A DNA stretch of 64,000 nucleotides from Patescibacteria group bacterium (lineage in GTDB: Bacteria > Patescibacteriota > Patescibacteriia > 2-12-FULL-57-11). Under the pieces are notes generated by a model. That model had not been told where the DNA came from and ran no database searches. It was given only the letters and a program-made list of their open reading frames with translations. The first letter of the stretch is position 1. The number at the start of each line of letters is the position of its first letter. Made by a program: the position numbers and the translations under genes. Below, piece after piece: positions 62,488 to 64,000 of the stretch. The stretch spans positions 77,156 through 141,155 of the forward strand of contig SCUL01000002.1 of the NCBI GenBank assembly GCA_004297205.1, read 5' to 3'.

Positions 62488-63852
62488 TCAGGTACGTTTT
62501 CCCCGCAGCTTCCTGTGGTAGCCGATGGCAAAGCGATGGGCCTCGTCGCGCAGCCGCTGGAGGATGACCTTGTACTGCTCCACGACGCGGCCGAGCTCGA
62601 GCGCGTCCTTGGGATAGATCAGACGATCCTGCTTGCGATCGAAGCCCTTGGCGATACCGACGACCGGAATCGTCAGTTTTTTCTCGCGGAGGATCTCTTT
62701 GGCGATGTTCACCTGCCCCCAACCGCCGTCGATCATGATTAAATCTGGTAATGCCCATCCATCCTGTAGGGGCGCACCGATGTGTGCGCCCGGGCCGACA
62801 CGTCGGTCGGCCCCTACGGCTGTTGCCCGGGCGAAGCGGCGGCGCAGCACTTCGGCCAGCATGGCGTAGTCGTTCGCGCCTTTGACGGTTTTGATCTTGA
62901 ACTTGCGGTACTCCGACTTCTTCGGCTCGCCGTCCTCAAAGACGACCATCGAGCCGACGGCCGAGGTGCCGGAGATGTTGGAAATGTCGTAGCCCTCGAT
63001 GCGACCGAAGATGTTGATGGGCAGATCGTGCTGGCGCGGATGGCCGAACATGCCGCCTTCGTCGCGGGACAGCACGGCGATGTCATTGATGTGGCGCAGC
63101 GCGTAGAGCTGGCGCTTGGCCTTCTCGGCGTCCTCGTAGCGCTCTTCGGCCGCGGCCTTTTTCATGTCACGTTCCAATGCGCGCTCCACCCGTTCCGTCT
63201 TGCCTTCGAAAAACAGGATGAGCCGGCGGATGATCTTGGCGTAGTCGCGCTTCGAGATGGCGCCGACGCACACCCCAGGGCAGGCGCCGATGTGGTAGTC
63301 GAAGCACGGCCGGCCGCGGACCCCTCTTGGTCCCCCCTTGACAAGGGGGGAAGTTGGCGGGGGTTCGCACGTACTCCACGGAATGAACTTGCGCACCAGC
63401 TTCAGCGCCGCGCGCAACGCCGCCGGCTGCAGGTACGGACCGAACACCGCCTTGTACCGCCGTTTCCCTTCCCGCTCCAACTCATGTCCGCGTACGAACA
63501 GCGGCTTGGGATACGGATCGTTGCTGATTGCCAAATACAGGAAGGACTTGTCGTCCTTCTGCATGATGTTGTACTTCGGCAAGTGCTTCTTGATGAGATT
63601 GGCCTCGAGGATCAACGCCTCCAGGACGTTGCGCGTCGGTTGCACCTCGATCCGGTCGACTGCAGCAATCAGGTCGGCCACCTGGTAGCGGCTGATCTGT
63701 TCCTGGATGCGCCAATACGAAGTGACCCGCCGCTTGAGCGAGGTGGCTTTGCCGACGTAGATGACCCGCCCGCCGGCGTCCCTCATCAGGTAGACGCCGG
63801 GCTTTTCCGGCAGGCCGCCGGCCGGGAGTTGTACGCGATCGGGAATTGACAT
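62488..63852 (-). CDS. uvrC: excinuclease ABC subunit C, short form (GIY-YIG, UVR and RNase H-like domains; no C-terminal HhH2) with an in-frame palindromic insertion
   Basis: GIY-YIG (GVYLMRDAGGRVIYVGKA), Cys-rich region, UVR (ERYEDAEKAKRQLYAL), and RNase H-like domain (GYDISNISGTSAVGSMVVFEDGEPKKSEYRKFKIK). 454 aa. Confidence 0.85.
   Translation of the reverse strand: MSIPDRVQLPAGGLPEKPGVYLMRDAGGRVIYVGKATSLKRRVTSYWRIQEQISRYQVADLIAAVDRIEVQPTRNVLEALILEANLIKKHLPKYNIMQKDDKSFLYLAISNDPYPKPLFVRGHELEREGKRRYKAVFGPYLQPAALRAALKLVRKFIPWSTCEPPPTSPLVKGGPRGVRGRPCFDYHIGACPGVCVGAISKRDYAKIIRRLILFFEGKTERVERALERDMKKAAAEERYEDAEKAKRQLYALRHINDIAVLSRDEGGMFGHPRQHDLPINIFGRIEGYDISNISGTSAVGSMVVFEDGEPKKSEYRKFKIKTVKGANDYAMLAEVLRRRFARATAVGADRRVGPGAHIGAPLQDGWALPDLIMIDGGWGQVNIAKEILREKKLTIPVVGIAKGFDRKQDRLIYPKDALELGRVVEQYKVILQRLRDEAHRFAIGYHRKLRGKRT
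63332..63350. repeat. perfect palindrome CCCCCCTTG-a-CAAGGGGGG inside the uvrC Cys-rich region (encodes part of an 11-aa insertion ...PLVKGGPRGVRG...)
   Basis: Same family as the intergenic palindrome at 41655-41675. Confidence 0.6.
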
Positions 63853-63874
63853 GCCTCGCTTTTCATGATAGCAC
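63846..63874 (+). promoter_or_regulatory. putative promoter (TTGACA-17-TGnTAGCAC) for the partial gene at the window end
   Basis: TTGACA at 63846-63851 overlaps the uvrC start codon. GGAGG SD at 63881-63885. Confidence 0.35.
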
Positions 63875-63890
63875 GGGGGCGGAGGTCCGG

Positions 63891-64000
63891 ATGAACCTGT
63901 ACGACTACTGCCGCGCCTTGGCGCGGCACGCCGACCAGCGCGTCGGCGTGGCCGTCTGCAAAGACCTGGTCGAAGAGCACGCTCCCGTCCTCAACCGCGT
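63891..64000 (+). CDS. hypothetical protein, 5' end only (continues past window)
   Basis: GGAGGtccggATG. Reads MNLYDYCRALARHADQRVGVAVCKDLVEEHAPVLNR... with high GC3. Confidence 0.4.
   Translation, partial: MNLYDYCRALARHADQRVGVAVCKDLVEEHAPVLNR

Overview
High-GC (~65-70%) bacterial chromosomal segment. It is densely packed, and almost all genes lie on the minus strand, many joined by ATGA/TGATG stop-start overlaps. Because of the GC content, the six-frame track holds many long spurious antisense and off-frame ORFs rich in Arg/Gly/His (for example 18825..21563+, 21265..24630+, 42961..45900+, 53822..57037+, 38626..41352+). I ignored these wherever a coherent protein is encoded on the opposite strand.

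Core content, left to right:
- A glycan cluster: a GT4 glycosyltransferase (runs off the window start, absent from the ORF track) and a Wzx-like flippase.
- A ribosomal/RNA polymerase block: rpsI, rplM, rplQ, rpoA, rpsD, rpsK, rpsM, rpmJ, infA.
- A short alaS and a DD-carboxypeptidase.
- A secretin-less type IV pilus locus: pilB, pilC and four prepilin-type proteins, one fused to an LVIVD beta-propeller, with a divergent major pilin pilA.
- mnmA and an O-antigen-ligase-like TPR membrane protein.
- A VirD4/TraG-like ATPase with a separate membrane partner.
- secDF, with SecD carrying an inserted parvulin domain.
- An accessory stretch of about 10 kb (28.2-38.4 kb) of small nucleotide-metabolism and modification genes, partly lower in GC: HD, PPC, radical SAM, DUF1653, DUF475, RBBP9-like, SET, ASCH, HD, CDP-alcohol phosphatidyltransferase, MazG, P-loop kinases, ppa, Nudix.
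- secA, hpf, murB, murC, pyrF, glyA, folD, dnaB, ybaB, recR, rplU, a WecA-like transferase, a membrane-anchored Clp-type ATPase, tgt, bcp, ftsL-rsmH-mraZ, and a short uvrC.

I found no rRNA, tRNA or CRISPR array.

Several reduced-genome signatures are visible. RpoA has no alpha-CTD, AlaRS lacks the C-Ala domain, UvrC lacks the HhH domain, and the dcw block is truncated.

The most unusual observations:
- A 33-nt GC-rich near-palindrome (core GGCGGATCCGCC) is inserted in-frame, in both orientations, into rpsK, mnmA and secA.
- A second palindrome family (C-run TTG n CAA G-run) sits inside uvrC and in one intergenic region.
- HD-ASCH-SET and radical SAM-DUF1653(amber)-PPC-HD operons are translationally coupled.
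- About 30-bp direct repeats duplicate the ppa 5' end and flank a 1.2-kb lower-GC cassette.
- Two or three promoter-to-terminator small-RNA candidates occur in the window.
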